64,000 bases of DNA from Phyllobates terribilis (Eukaryota). The stretch lies in contig NW_027362764.1 of assembly GCF_046119375.1 (NCBI RefSeq), positions 705,188,001 through 705,252,000 of the forward strand, given 5' to 3'. Made by a program: the position numbers and the translations under genes. Below the pieces are notes generated by a model. The model saw nothing but the letters and a program-made list of their open reading frames with translations. It was not told the origin of the DNA and did no database searches. Shown one piece after another: positions 1 to 10,740 of the stretch. The stretch's first letter is position 1, and each line of letters starts with the position of its first letter.

Positions 1-279
1 AGGATGCCGCCGGGAGGAGACTGGAGAGGTGAATATACAGTTTGTTTGTTTTTTACTATAGATGCAGCATTTAAAGCATCTAAGTTGGTCACACAATATA
101 AATCCATGCCGGTTGCATGGATTTATATTGTGTGACCAACTTGTCAAGCACTTTTCCAAGTGATGCTCAAAATAGCTTGGAAAAGTGCTTGAGAAAACGC
201 ATGTAAATCTGCATGCGTTTTTTTTCTGCCAGAGAGGCAAAAACGCTCTGCATCAAATCTGCTACGTGGGCACATAGCC
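1..279 (-). mobile_element. Partial PIF/Harbinger-like MITE (family A; other copies at 17216, 40930, 44761, 58132)
   Basis: Ends GGGCACATAGCC followed by TTA; near-identical to 40945-41227; contains a perfect 28-bp hairpin at 82-142. Confidence 0.7.
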
Positions 280-599
280 TTATACGGTCTCTGGTAAAGC
301 TAAGCAATGCAACAGTTTCCTCATCTTACCTGAGTAATGAGTGGTACAATATTTTCTTTGGTAAGAACGCTCATTGTGATAAGACCATGCACAAAAGTTT
401 TTTTCCCTGACATTAATGATTGTCCTCATGCTTCAATGTATTTATACAATTTATCCATGACCACTGCCTGCAGGCATAGCTCTTGAAATCAGCAATTGGA
501 AACTTTTACGAAAATATTTTAAGAGAGTTGAGGCATCTCAATTGTTAAAGAAAATTGTGCTCGCTCTATTAATCTTTTTTTTTTTACATTCTTCCCTCT

Positions 600-935
600 T
601 TTAGAGCCTGGATGCCAGATGGAGAGTGATTGACAACTTGTCTATTCAGGATTCGCGATAGGTGTTCAGATCAGGAGACATATTTGGCCACTGAATCACT
701 TTCACCCTGGTCTTCTTCAGAAATGCAACAGTAGCCTGTGTTTTTTTGGATCACTGTAATGTTGGAAAAGTGCACGTCTACCAAAGGAGTGATCGGAGCG
801 TCATCTCTTTCAATACAGAGCAGTACATCTGTGAATTCATGATACCGGCAATGAAACGCATCTCCCTGACACCAGCAGCGCTCTTGCAGCCCCACATAAG
901 GACACTGCCACCACTACAAATTTACTGCCAAGTGA
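600..935 (-). pseudogene. Decayed Tc1 transposase fragment (DDE region)
   Basis: Manual minus-strand translation gives GGSVLMWGC...GIMNSQMYCSVLKE, then ATVAFLKKTRVKVIQWPNMSPDLN, with stops and frameshifts. Confidence 0.85.
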
Positions 936-1099
936 ACATCATAAAAACAAAACCAAATGATAGCAGCAGAATTGCTTTTTTTTTTTTTCTTCAATTTTAT
1001 TCACTTGGATTTTGTTTGTTTTTCAGTACATTACAGTGACATGTAAACGTTTGGCATGAAATGATCTCTAAAAAGGCCTAAAGTTAAAAATGACATTTC

Positions 1100-1237
1100 N
1101 NNNNNNNNNNNNNNNNNNNNNNNNNNNNNNNNNNNNNNNNNNNNNNNNNNNNNNNNNNNNNNNNNNNNNNNNNNNNNNNNNNNNNNNNNNNNNNNNNNNN
1201 NNNNNNNNNNNNNNNNNNNNNNNNNNNNNNNNNNNNN
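1100..1237. other. Assembly gap (138 N) inside the left Tc1 inverted repeat
   Basis: Run of N. Confidence 1.
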
Positions 1238-1708
1238 AAAATTACAACAAGAAAAATGTGCCGATGCAAAAGTTTGGGCACCCGAGGAGATTTTTGTGCT
1301 CAGATAACTTTAATTAAGGTCTGAAACCTTGGACAGTCTGGTAGGGTTATGGCTTGTTCACTATCATCGTTAGGAAAGGCCTGGTGATGCAAATTTCCCA
1401 GCTTTATAAAAACCAAGCCTCCTCTAACCTTGTGCCAAAAACACCAAGGTTACTTACCGGTAGCCGGTTTTTCCTGAGCCCATGACAGCACACCTTGAGA
1501 GAGGATCCGCCCCACCAAGGACAGGAAACCATCTGAAATAAAAGGGCGGCACCTCTCCCTCGCTTCAGTTGTTTACAGAGCATTGAGAGGACCTCCCTAA
1601 ACAGGTTAGGCATATAACCAACACCCACAATATACATATACACACCACCCAAAACAGTGCACACCAGGGTGTGAGAAACATAGAAAAAATAAGGGGGGGA
1701 AACTACGG

Positions 1709-1792
1709 GTGCTGTCATGGGCTCAGGAAAAACCGGCTACCGGTAAGTAACCTTGGTGTTTTCCCCTCCCCCATGACAGCACACCTTGAGAG
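1709..1792. repeat. DIRS-A internal complementary region (ICR)
   Basis: 1709-1759 is a perfect inverted copy of 1441-1491; 1760-1792 matches the reverse complement of about 6744-6780; together they spell the circular 3'-5' junction. Confidence 0.93.
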
Positions 1793-1816
1793 AATTTTGG
1801 AGAATTTATGAGCACC

Positions 1817-4670
1817 CTAGGGAGGGACCACCGCCTGAAGTACCCTTCTCCCAAAGGTGAGATCAGAAGAGGACAGATCCAACCGATAGTGCTTAAAGAA
1901 GGTGGATGGTGTAGACCAAGTAGCAGCCCTACATATCTGCTCGATCGAGACGTCTGCTCTCTCTGCCCAGGAGGTTGCAACGGCTCTGGTGGAATGAGCC
2001 CTCACATTGTCCGGGGCTGGAACCCCTGTGGACGTATAGGCTAAGCAAATGGCCTCCCTGAGCCACCTAGAGATGGTACCCTTGGACACCCCATGACCTT
2101 TCCTACACCCTTGAAAGGCCAGGAACAGAGAACAGTCTTTCCTCCACAGACTAGTCATGTGAATGTACTGTAGCAGGGACCTCCTAACATCTAGGCTATG
2201 GAACCTGACTTCCCTGGGTTCTTGAGATTGCTGCAGAACGAGGGTAGCACAATCTCCTGACTACGGTGAAATCTAGATACCACCTTGGGAAGGTACGCTG
2301 GATCTGGCCGCAAGGTGACCCTATCCTCAAAGATTTGTGTGTAAGGAGGATTAACCGAGAGGGCCTGCAGATCACCCACCCTACGGGCTGACGTTAAGGC
2401 CACTAGGAGGATGGTCTTAAGGGTGAGAATTTTTGGAGAAACCTTGTGTAGGGGTTCGAATGGCTCACTAGTAAGAGCATTCAAGACTAAATTCAGGTCC
2501 CAAGGAGGAACACCCATGGACCTAACCGGTCCTGCTCTGGCACAGGACTTGATAAACCTCGAGATCCACCTATTCCCAGCCAGATTACAATTGTAGAGTG
2601 CTCCCAAAGCTGAAACTTGAACCTTAAGGGTCCCTGTAGCTAGACCCAGGTCCCGCCCCTTTTGCAGAAATTCCAGGATCCCCCTGATCGGAGGTTTGCT
2701 CGATAGCGGGATATCTATAAACTCTAGGAATTTACCCCAAACTCTGCTATAAATCTTGGTTGTAATTGGTTTTCTACTCCCCAATAAAGTAGAAACTAAG
2801 CCTGGTGAAAACCCCTTGCTACTCAATAGCGACCTCTCAAATTCCATGCCGAAAGATGGAACCCCCTGGCCTGGGCATGGAATACTGGTCCCTGCATGAG
2901 AAGGTCCGGCCTCTCTGGTAGAATCCAGAGATCTGACACCGACATTAGCCGAAGCAGAGAGAACCAAGGCCTCTTGGGCCAAAAAGGGGCTATCAAAATC
3001 ACCCTGGCGCCTTCCTCGCGGATCTTCCTCACCACTACTGGAATCATCACTAATGGCGGAAAGGCATAGGCCTTCCTGAACCCCCAAGGAATCTGGAGGG
3101 CATCTACGGCATGGGGATTTTCTGCCGGATTTAGGGAGCAAAATCTCTGCACCTTTCTGTTTGCCCTTGTGGCGAACAGGTCTATGTCTAGCTGCCCCCA
3201 TAACTGGACAATCTGATGGAAGACCTCCGGGTTCAACCCCCACTCCCCCTGTCTTAGGGTATGGCGGCTTAGAAAATCTGCTTTCACATTTTCTACCCCC
3301 TTTATGTGAAGGGCGCTGAGGGATAGGAGGTTTCGCTCTGCTAGACCAAGGATCCTGTCTGCCACCACCATCAGAGGGCGTGACCTTGTCCCTCCCTGGT
3401 GATTCACATAGGCTACGGCTGTCCGGTTGTCGGACCTGACCTGGACATGGCGATTTTGGATGTGAGGGAGGAAGCCCCTGAGGGATCTTTCTACTGCCCA
3501 AAGCTCCTTTAAGTTTGAGGATGCTCCCCTCTCGTGGTAAGCCCAGTGACCCTGTATTGAGAGTTCTGCCAGATGACCCCCCCATCCGGAACTGCTTGCG
3601 TCGGTCGTAATTACCCGATCTACTGGTCTGGACCATTGAACGCCTGCGGTCAGATTTCCCCTGACTGTCCACCACTAAAGGGAATCTACTACTTCTGGGG
3701 AGAGAGCCTGCCTTCTAAATGCCCGTTGCAGGACCTCTGTGCTGACAGGACCTCCCACTGAAGCCGCCTCACATGCCCCTGGGCCCACATAACTGCTGGG
3801 AGACAGGCCGTCATAGAACCCAGGAGGGACATTGCCTCTCTCAGAGACATCTCCGGAGCTTGAATGGCCTTCGAGACTAATGCAATCAACCTGCAGATTT
3901 TGTCCTCTGGGAGGAAGCAGGTTTGGCGACGAGAGTCTAGGATTAGACCCAGAAAGGTCTGAGTCCTGGAGGGGGTTAGTCTTGATTTTTGGAAATTTAC
4001 TAACCACCCCAGCTGATGCAACACTTCCGTGACCACTAGGAGCTGACTGGAGCAGTGGGCTTCTGTTTTCCCTATTATCAAGAAGTCGTCTAAATATGGC
4101 ACGATCACTACATTCTTGATCCGTAGGAAGGCTGTCACTTCTGCTATTAGTTTCGTAAATATTCTCGGGGCAATGGAGAGGCCAAAGGGTAGGGCAGCAA
4201 ACTGAAAATGCCTCAGCTTCCCCTGAATAAACAGGGCTACTCTCAGATACTTCTGATACTCCGGATGGATTGGGACATGATAATATGCGTCCTTCGAGTC
4301 TATTACAGCCATAAAGCAGTTGCGATGTAAGAGCTTCACTGCCGAGCTTACTGACTCCATCTTGAAAGTCTGTTTTTCTACTACTTGGTTCAGACTCCTG
4401 AGGTTGATGATGGTCCTTAAGGACCCGTTTGTTTTTTTTATCATGAATAGTGGGGAATAGAACCCCCTCCCTCTCTGTGTTGCTGGTACTTCGAGAAGGA
4501 CCTGCTTTCGTACTAACTCTAACACTTCTGTTTCCAGGGCTAATTGTTCTTCCTGGACCTTTCGTAGGGGGGTAACCACAGAGGTCCGCCAGGGGGTCTG
4601 GCTGAACCGGATCTTCAGGCCCCCACTGATAATTTTCAGAATCCAGGGGTTTGTTGTTATCGCGTCCCAA
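1817..4670 (-). pseudogene. DIRS-A tyrosine recombinase ORF with a long N-terminal extension overlapping pol; broken by 1-bp frameshifts near 3700 and 2200
   Basis: ORFs 3675-4670, 2191-3675 and 1817-2158; TSARRVGD, HSTRA, ATW and KHY catalytic motifs. Confidence 0.9.
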
Positions 4671-4756
4671 GCTGGAAAAAAGTGGGAAAGCCTTCCACCC
4701 ACTTCCAGCCTGGCGTCATTGGGAGGATCTCTTCGAACTCGAGGATGGTCCTCCAA
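2823..4756 (-). pseudogene. DIRS-A pol: RT, RNase H and methyltransferase-like (MT) domain; frameshift and stop near 3675-3700
   Basis: LPFGL and YLDD (3689-4756); ITTDAS, SNLKEL, SDN, ADFLSR; DIDLFA and YAFPP (2823-3407). Confidence 0.92.
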
Positions 4757-6213
4757 ACATGTAGCCCGATTCTTTTTTGGACTTGGCTTCCCATCTCTTT
4801 TTGTCTCCCGGAGGACGACCCCGGTTAAATTTTCTCATCCGAAAACTAAATCTTCTTGGCTCCCCCGAAAATCCCGGGAACCCTTTGCTTTTATCGCCTG
4901 CTTTTTCTAACAGGTCTTCTAATTTTTGGCCAAACAGGAGTCTACCGTCACACGGGAGGGAGCACAGTTTCTGTTTCGAAGGTAGGTCGCCTGGGCAACC
5001 TTTGAGCCACAAGGCCCGCCTGGCTGCGTTGGATAGTCCCGCTGCCCTAGCTGACAGTCTGACAGAGTCAGCTGAAGAGTCGGCCAGGAAGGCCGATGCT
5101 GTTTGTATTAGAGGTAGCTCTGCAAGTATTGCCTGTCTGGAGACCTTTTTATCTTTAAGCTGGTCTTCCAGCTGTTGGAGCCACACCATCAAGGACCTCG
5201 CCACACAGGTGCTAGCCACCGCTGGTTTTAGGCCGCCTGCCGCCGCCTCCCACGTGTGGCGCAGGAAGGAGTCAGCTCTTTTATCCAGTGCATCCTTTAG
5301 GACGCCAGAGTCCTCCAGGGGCAGGGAAGATCTTTTCGATGACCTTGCCACAGTCCCGTCCACCTTGGGGATCTTATCCCAAGGTTCCGCATCCTTCTCT
5401 TCGAAGGGATACCTTCTTTTGGAGAAGGAGGGTAAAGCCCCTGATCTCTCAGGTCTCCTCCACTCCCGGTCAAAGAGGCCCTGAATTTTACTGTTAACCG
5501 GAAATGAGCGTCTCTTCTTCTCTCCCAAGCCCGCAAACATGATGTCCTCCCGGGATTTAGATGCTCTCTCTTCCTCCAGACCCATGGTTGATCTTACTGC
5601 CCTAACCAGTCTGTCTGTATTCTCAATGGGGAAGCAGGGTCTACCACCCCCCGATGAGGAAGAGGACGATGAATCCCACTGCTCCTCGGACTGGGAGGAA
5701 TCAGAGATGGAGGAAACCTCTCTACGGGGTCTTTTCTTCCCTCTAAGGAACCCTTTCAGGGACCCCTGAACTTCTGCATGTACTATGGACTTTAAATTTG
5801 CAGCAAAATCCCGGGAATTCTCAGCTATGGTTTTGGTCACACAGCCCTGGCAAAGTGTTTTCTGCCACTCGACAGAGAGAAGCTTGGCAAAGGGCACATA
5901 TTCTATGCTTTTGCTTGGCACTACTCTTCTTAGGCTCCTAAAAAAAGGAAGCACATAAGAGACTTCCCGTTACTAACCAGTGACAGTCACGAAGCTCACT
6001 CACCCCCGGAGGTCACAAACAGGTACCGGATTCGGAGGCTGTTGCAGAACCGATGATTCCATTCTGGATGGTCCCGAGGCACACGAAGCTTTACTCCTGC
6101 GGCTGCCACTACGATTACTCGAGCGGCTGTCTGTGTACGATGCATCCCTCTGCTTTTTCTGTTGCTGAGGTGGGGGGGGTAAGCTGCTGCTCCCGGCTAT
6201 CTGGATCAGCCAT
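4716..6213 (-). pseudogene. DIRS-A gag-like ORF1 (LAP2alpha-related region), probably with a 66-nt intron at 5938-6003
   Basis: ORF 4716-5954 aligns by eye with DIRS-B gag (DIMFAGLGEKKRRSFP; PKVD; RRALWLK); upstream ATG at 6213 and a Ser/Arg-rich frame that ends at a GTGAGT donor. Confidence 0.8.
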
Positions 6214-7315
6214 GTCTCAGAAGCACACCATGCTTCCAGGATAGCTCCCCCCCCCTTAAATATAGGGCCATCCAGCCTCCTCCGGTCTGTGGGCCCTCCC
6301 CCTTCCTCAGGCCAGAGCTCCGTTGAAAAAAACCGGCCTGGGACGCTCCGATGGGCGCCGCCATCTTGGATCGGCGCCGCCTCCTGACGTCACCCAGTGC
6401 GCCGCTCCCAGCATGCCCTGCGCCGTGACGTCAGGCACGTCACACCCGGAAGCGTTCCACACTGCAGGGGGAGGACAGCGCCGCGGTCTCTGGGAGGACA
6501 GAGCCTGCCTCACCGCGTGCGCCTCGCTCGGCGCAGAGACCCCAGGGGAAGCTGCGGACGGCACTTCTGGGATACTGAACCCGGTGCACAGGCCAGTGCC
6601 TGCTCTTCCACACCGGGACAGCCCCAGGTAAGTCTTCTTTCTTCCAGACAGGTTCCCCATCAAGGACAGGAAACCAACTGAAGCGAGGGAGAGGTGCCGC
6701 CCTTTTATTTCAGACGGTTTCCTGTCCTTGGTGGGGCGGATCCTCTCTCAAGGTGTGCCGTCATGGGGGGAGGGGAAAAACAGCAGCCATGGGTTCTTCT
6801 AAGCAACTGGCAGCACTCTGACAATGAAAATGGCGGAGAAGACTATAAGAAGCTAGCAAAGACTACATTTCAAACTGAGGAAAGGGCATTATGAGATTGC
6901 AATTAACAGGAACAGTGGAGGTCAAGATAAGATCTGGAACACCAAGCAAAATTTCAGTTAGAGCTGCTCGTAGGATTGCAAGAGAGGCAACTCAGAACCC
7001 CCGCGTGACTGCAAAAGACCTTCAGAAAGATTTAGCAGACTCTGGAGTTGTGTTACATTGTTCTACTGTTCAGAGACACCTACACAAATATGGCCTTCAT
7101 GGAAAAGTCATCAGAAGAAAACCTCACCTGCATCCTCACCATAAAACTCAGTATCAGAAGTATTCAAATGAAAATCTAAACAAGCTGATGCATTTTGGAA
7201 ACATGTCCTATGGACCGATGAGGTTGAAATAGAACTCTTTGGCCACGATGATCAAAGGTATGTGTGGAGAAAAAAGGGCAGAATTTTAGGAAAAGTATAT
7301 AGCGCCAACCATTAA

Positions 7316-8240
7316 AGGGAATTTGTCACCTATTGGAGTTATCAGACCCCTACTATGGATATACAGGATATAGAAAAGTAAATCTATACATACCTGTATG
7401 GTTCATGGTAGAGGTCTGAATGCAGAGAAATGTAGTTTTACCTCCTTGGTTTTTCACAGGCTTGGCGTCCCCGGACGCAAAGCTATCCCTCCCCATCTGC
7501 TTATTATTCCACCAATTCCCCGCCTATGTCCACGTTTACCATATTTCCCCCGCTCCCCGCACGTCATAGGTTCCTGTGACGCGCGTTTTTTTCCCCTCAC
7601 CTCCCGGCGAAAAGCACGGCTCACAGGCAGCACGCTTCGTTTGTTTCCTCCTGGGCCCGTTTGGCTGAGCACAGTGCTCTATTGCGCAGGCATCGGGAAG
7701 TCCACAGTGACTCAGCAGTCCATCCACAGTGCCGGGGAGTCCACAGTGACTCAGCAGCTCATCCACAGTGCCGGGGAGTCCACAGTGACTCAGCAGCTCA
7801 TCCACAGTGCCGGGGAGTCCACAGTGACTCAGCAGCCCATCCACAGTTCCAGGGAGTCCACAGTGACTCAGCAGCCCATCCACAGTGCCGGGGAGTCCAC
7901 AGTGACTCCCCGGCGCCTGCGCAATAGAGCACTGTGCTCAGCCAAACGGGCCCGGGAGGAAATAGTGTGCGCCCTGTGAGCTGCACTTTGCGCATGCGCT
8001 GGGTAGTGAGGGAAAAAAGTGCACGTCACAGGTCCCACATAGGCAGGGAATTGGTGGAATAATAAGCAGATGGGCAGGGATAGCTTGGTGTCCGGGGGAC
8101 ACCAAGCCTGTGAAAAACAAAGGAGATAAAACTACATTTCTCTGCATTCAGACCTCTACCATGGGCCATACATTTACTTTTCTATACCCTGTATGCCCAT
8201 AGTAGAGGTCTGATAACTCCAAAGTGGTGGCAGATTCCCT
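7316..8240. mobile_element. Kolobok/T2-type fold-back MITE with TTAA target duplication
   Basis: TTAA|AGGGAA...TTCCCT|TTAA; long inverted arms; removing it restores Tc1 ACC ATT AAG CAT GGG (TIKHG). Confidence 0.9.
7695..7910. repeat. 39-bp tandem repeat, about 5.5 copies, at the MITE centre
   Basis: Unit GGGGAGTCCACAGTGACTCAGCAGCTCATCCACAGTGCC. Confidence 0.92.
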
Positions 8241-9930
8241 TTAAGCATGGGGGTGGATCAATCATGCTATAGGGTTCTCTTGCAGTCAATGGCACGGGGA
8301 ATATTTCACGGGTAGAGGGAAGGAAGGATTCAATGACGTTTCAACAAATTCTTGAAGCAAACATAACACCATCTGTATAAAAAAAAAAAAAAAAAGCTGA
8401 AGTTGAAAAGAGGATGGCTTCTACAAATGGATAATGATCCTAAAAACACGTCAAAATCCACAATAGACTACCTCAAAAGTCGCAAGGTTTTACAATAACT
8501 CTCACAGCTCCCAGATTTGAACATCATCATTGAAAATCTGTGGCTAGACCTCAAAATAGAGCATGCAAGACGACCCAGGAATCTCACAGAACTGGAAGAA
8601 TTCCCCAAGGAAGAATGGATGAAAATCCCTCAAGCAAGAATTGAAAGACTCTTGTCTGGCTACAAAAAGTGTTTAAAAGCTGTGATCCTTTCAAAAGGAG
8701 GAGCTACTAGGTACTAACCATGCAGGGTGCCCAAACTTTTGCATTGGCCCATTTTCCTTTTAGGAATTTTTAAAATGTTAAAGATGAAGATATATAATAA
8801 TATATTATAGATTTATTTGCTTAAAATACAAAGTAAAGGTGTCATCTTTAACTTTATGCCTTTTAGAGATTATTTCATCTTCTACTTGATTAACTGTTCA
8901 AAATAACAGTGATTTTGACCAGGGGTGCCCAAACTATTACATGCCACTGTATATATTAAAATGAATGACAGAATTCAAAACTACTCATCCTTTTTGGGAA
9001 AAAAAAGAAAAGCTATCTCAACATAAAAATAAGAAAAGTTATGGCTCTTAGAGAGGATGACAACAGAAAAAAAAAAAATGTCCGTCACCTAGTAGTTAAA
9101 GGATTATTCCTAGAACTGCAAGTTGTTCCCTATTCGTAGCATAGGAGATAACTTCTTGTTCACTGAGGTCCAACTTCTAAAAACCCCATTAATGTAGCGA
9201 GTGAGGCCCTGCAGCTGGAATGGAGGTGCACATATGACCTTTTATCTTTCAGACTGCCAGAAATAGAGCATTGTACTGGGCTGTCTCCAGTGGTACATAG
9301 GGAATGAGTAGAGCAGACTAGTAATTCTGGCAATAATCCTTAATTGGTTAGTGCTGTACCTAAAATGTCTTTTCTAAATATCTATCTTTACATCCTAACC
9401 AGTGAAACACAACAGAAAAAACATCCAGCTTCTTTAAAATTGCAACTTTATTTGGAATTTTTTTTGAGCATTTTTCTATAGTGTTACAGAAGCGTCAACG
9501 CGTTTTGAACTCAAGCTGCATATCCAAGTGACCACGTCACATTTATACAACAAAGCACCAACGAGTTTGCAGGAAAATTTTTGTTTTATCACATGACAAA
9601 CTGAATAAAATCAAATTACAGAAGAAAAAATAAAACTCAATTACATACAAAATATATACGGTACATTAGCAATAGACAGTGTATGATGATTTAATAATGG
9701 AACATTAACTCCTTACGTGTACTCAAACAATTCAGGCTGCACGTACCCAAATTATACATCCAAAATGCTTCATGACCTAAAAGACATTTCCTGACGTCTC
9801 CACCCCTAGAAGTTGCGATAACTCTCTCTATGCCGAATACCTGGAAAGAGGAAGTCTGGCGATTATGCTGCTGAATAAAATGCATTGACGCATGGGAAAC
9901 CGCACGATGGGTATTAGATGTATTCTAGAA

Positions 9931-10116
9931 CAGGGTTCCCCAACTCCAGTCCTCAAGGCCCACCAACAGGTCATGTTTTCAGGATTTCCTTAGCATTGCA
10001 CAGGTGATGGAATTATTGCCTGTGCAGGTGATTGAATTATCACCTGTGTAATACTAAGGAAATCCTGAAAACATGACCTGTTGGTGGGCCTTGAGGACTG
10101 GAGTTGGGGAACCCGG
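9931..10116. mobile_element. Palindromic hAT-type MITE
   Basis: CAGGGTTCCCCAACTCCAGTCCTCAAGG inverted arms; 8-bp TSD TTCTAGAA/TTCTAAAA. Confidence 0.85.
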
Positions 10117-10184
10117 TTCTAAAAATATCAGACAAATGTTTGGAAATTTTTTTTTTTTTTTTAGTTTTCGGGATGTACATCCCA

Positions 10185-10740
10185 TTTCTCTGCAGCGTCT
10201 ACCATCCCTCCTGGAACAGGATGTCATCAGGGGGCAGCGCTCAAGTTACTTACTACAGTTTCTTGCATCGCTGCCCTTTGACACGGCACCGATAGAAGCT
10301 GCGTGATAGGCGAGTGCAGCGCCAGCACTCTGCTTATAGCTCCACCCCTTTTAACTGTGAAGCAGGATGTCGTTGAGGACGGAGATAGAAGCAGCGAGTG
10401 TCACCAGTGCTGCCACACAGCTTCTAGCACTGCCCTCAAATAGTCATAAGGGGGCAGCGCTGGTGTCACTCACTGGTTCTATCACCGCTCCCTGATGATT
10501 CTTTTGAAGGCAGTGCTAGAAGATGTGGGGCAGCACTGGTGTCACTCACTACTTCCATCTCCGCCCCCTGATGAGATCTTGCTTCACAGTTAGAAGCTAT
10601 GGCAGCAAAGATAGAAGCTGGCGCTGCGTTCACCTCTCCCTCAGCTTGTCAGCGTTGTGAAACCAGAACGTTTTCAGAGGGCGGCACTGCAAGAAACTGT
10701 AGTAACTGATGACACCCTGTTCCAGGAGGGGCGATAGATG
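10185..10740. repeat. Fold-back (inverted-repeat) element, unclassified MITE
   Basis: About 10190-10280 is an imperfect inverted copy of about 10675-10740; further internal repeats. Confidence 0.65.

Larger units (their letters stand above)
1442..6780 (-). mobile_element. DIRS1-type tyrosine-recombinase retrotransposon, copy A; near full length, several frameshifts
   Basis: About 100-bp inverted terminal repeats (1479-1580 vs 6672-6772), ICR at 1709-1792, gag/RT/RNase H/MT/YR coding regions, shared A5/T5 tract at both junctions. Confidence 0.96.
1034..8949 (+). mobile_element. Tc1 transposon, about 1.65 kb once nested insertions are removed; transposase dead; interrupted by a DIRS and a T2 MITE
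   Basis: TA|CAGTGACATGTAAACGTTTGGCA at 1034 and TGCCCAAACTATTACATGCCACTG|TA at 8949; ATG 6789 (MGSSKQL); motifs WTDE, TIKHGGGSIML (split by the MITE), MDNDPK, NIIENLW, KGGATRY*. Confidence 0.92.

Noticed and set aside
4777-5484. 235-aa plus-strand ORF and similar antisense ORFs over DIRS, L1 and Tc1
   Set aside because: Antisense shadows of GC-rich TE coding sequence with no recognisable motifs
7660-7910. CRISPR-like array or repetitive proteins (ORFs 7398-7979, 7536-7883, 7661-7927)
   Set aside because: Head-to-tail 39-bp units with no unique spacers, inside a eukaryotic MITE; ORFs stay open only because the unit is a multiple of 3 and lacks stops
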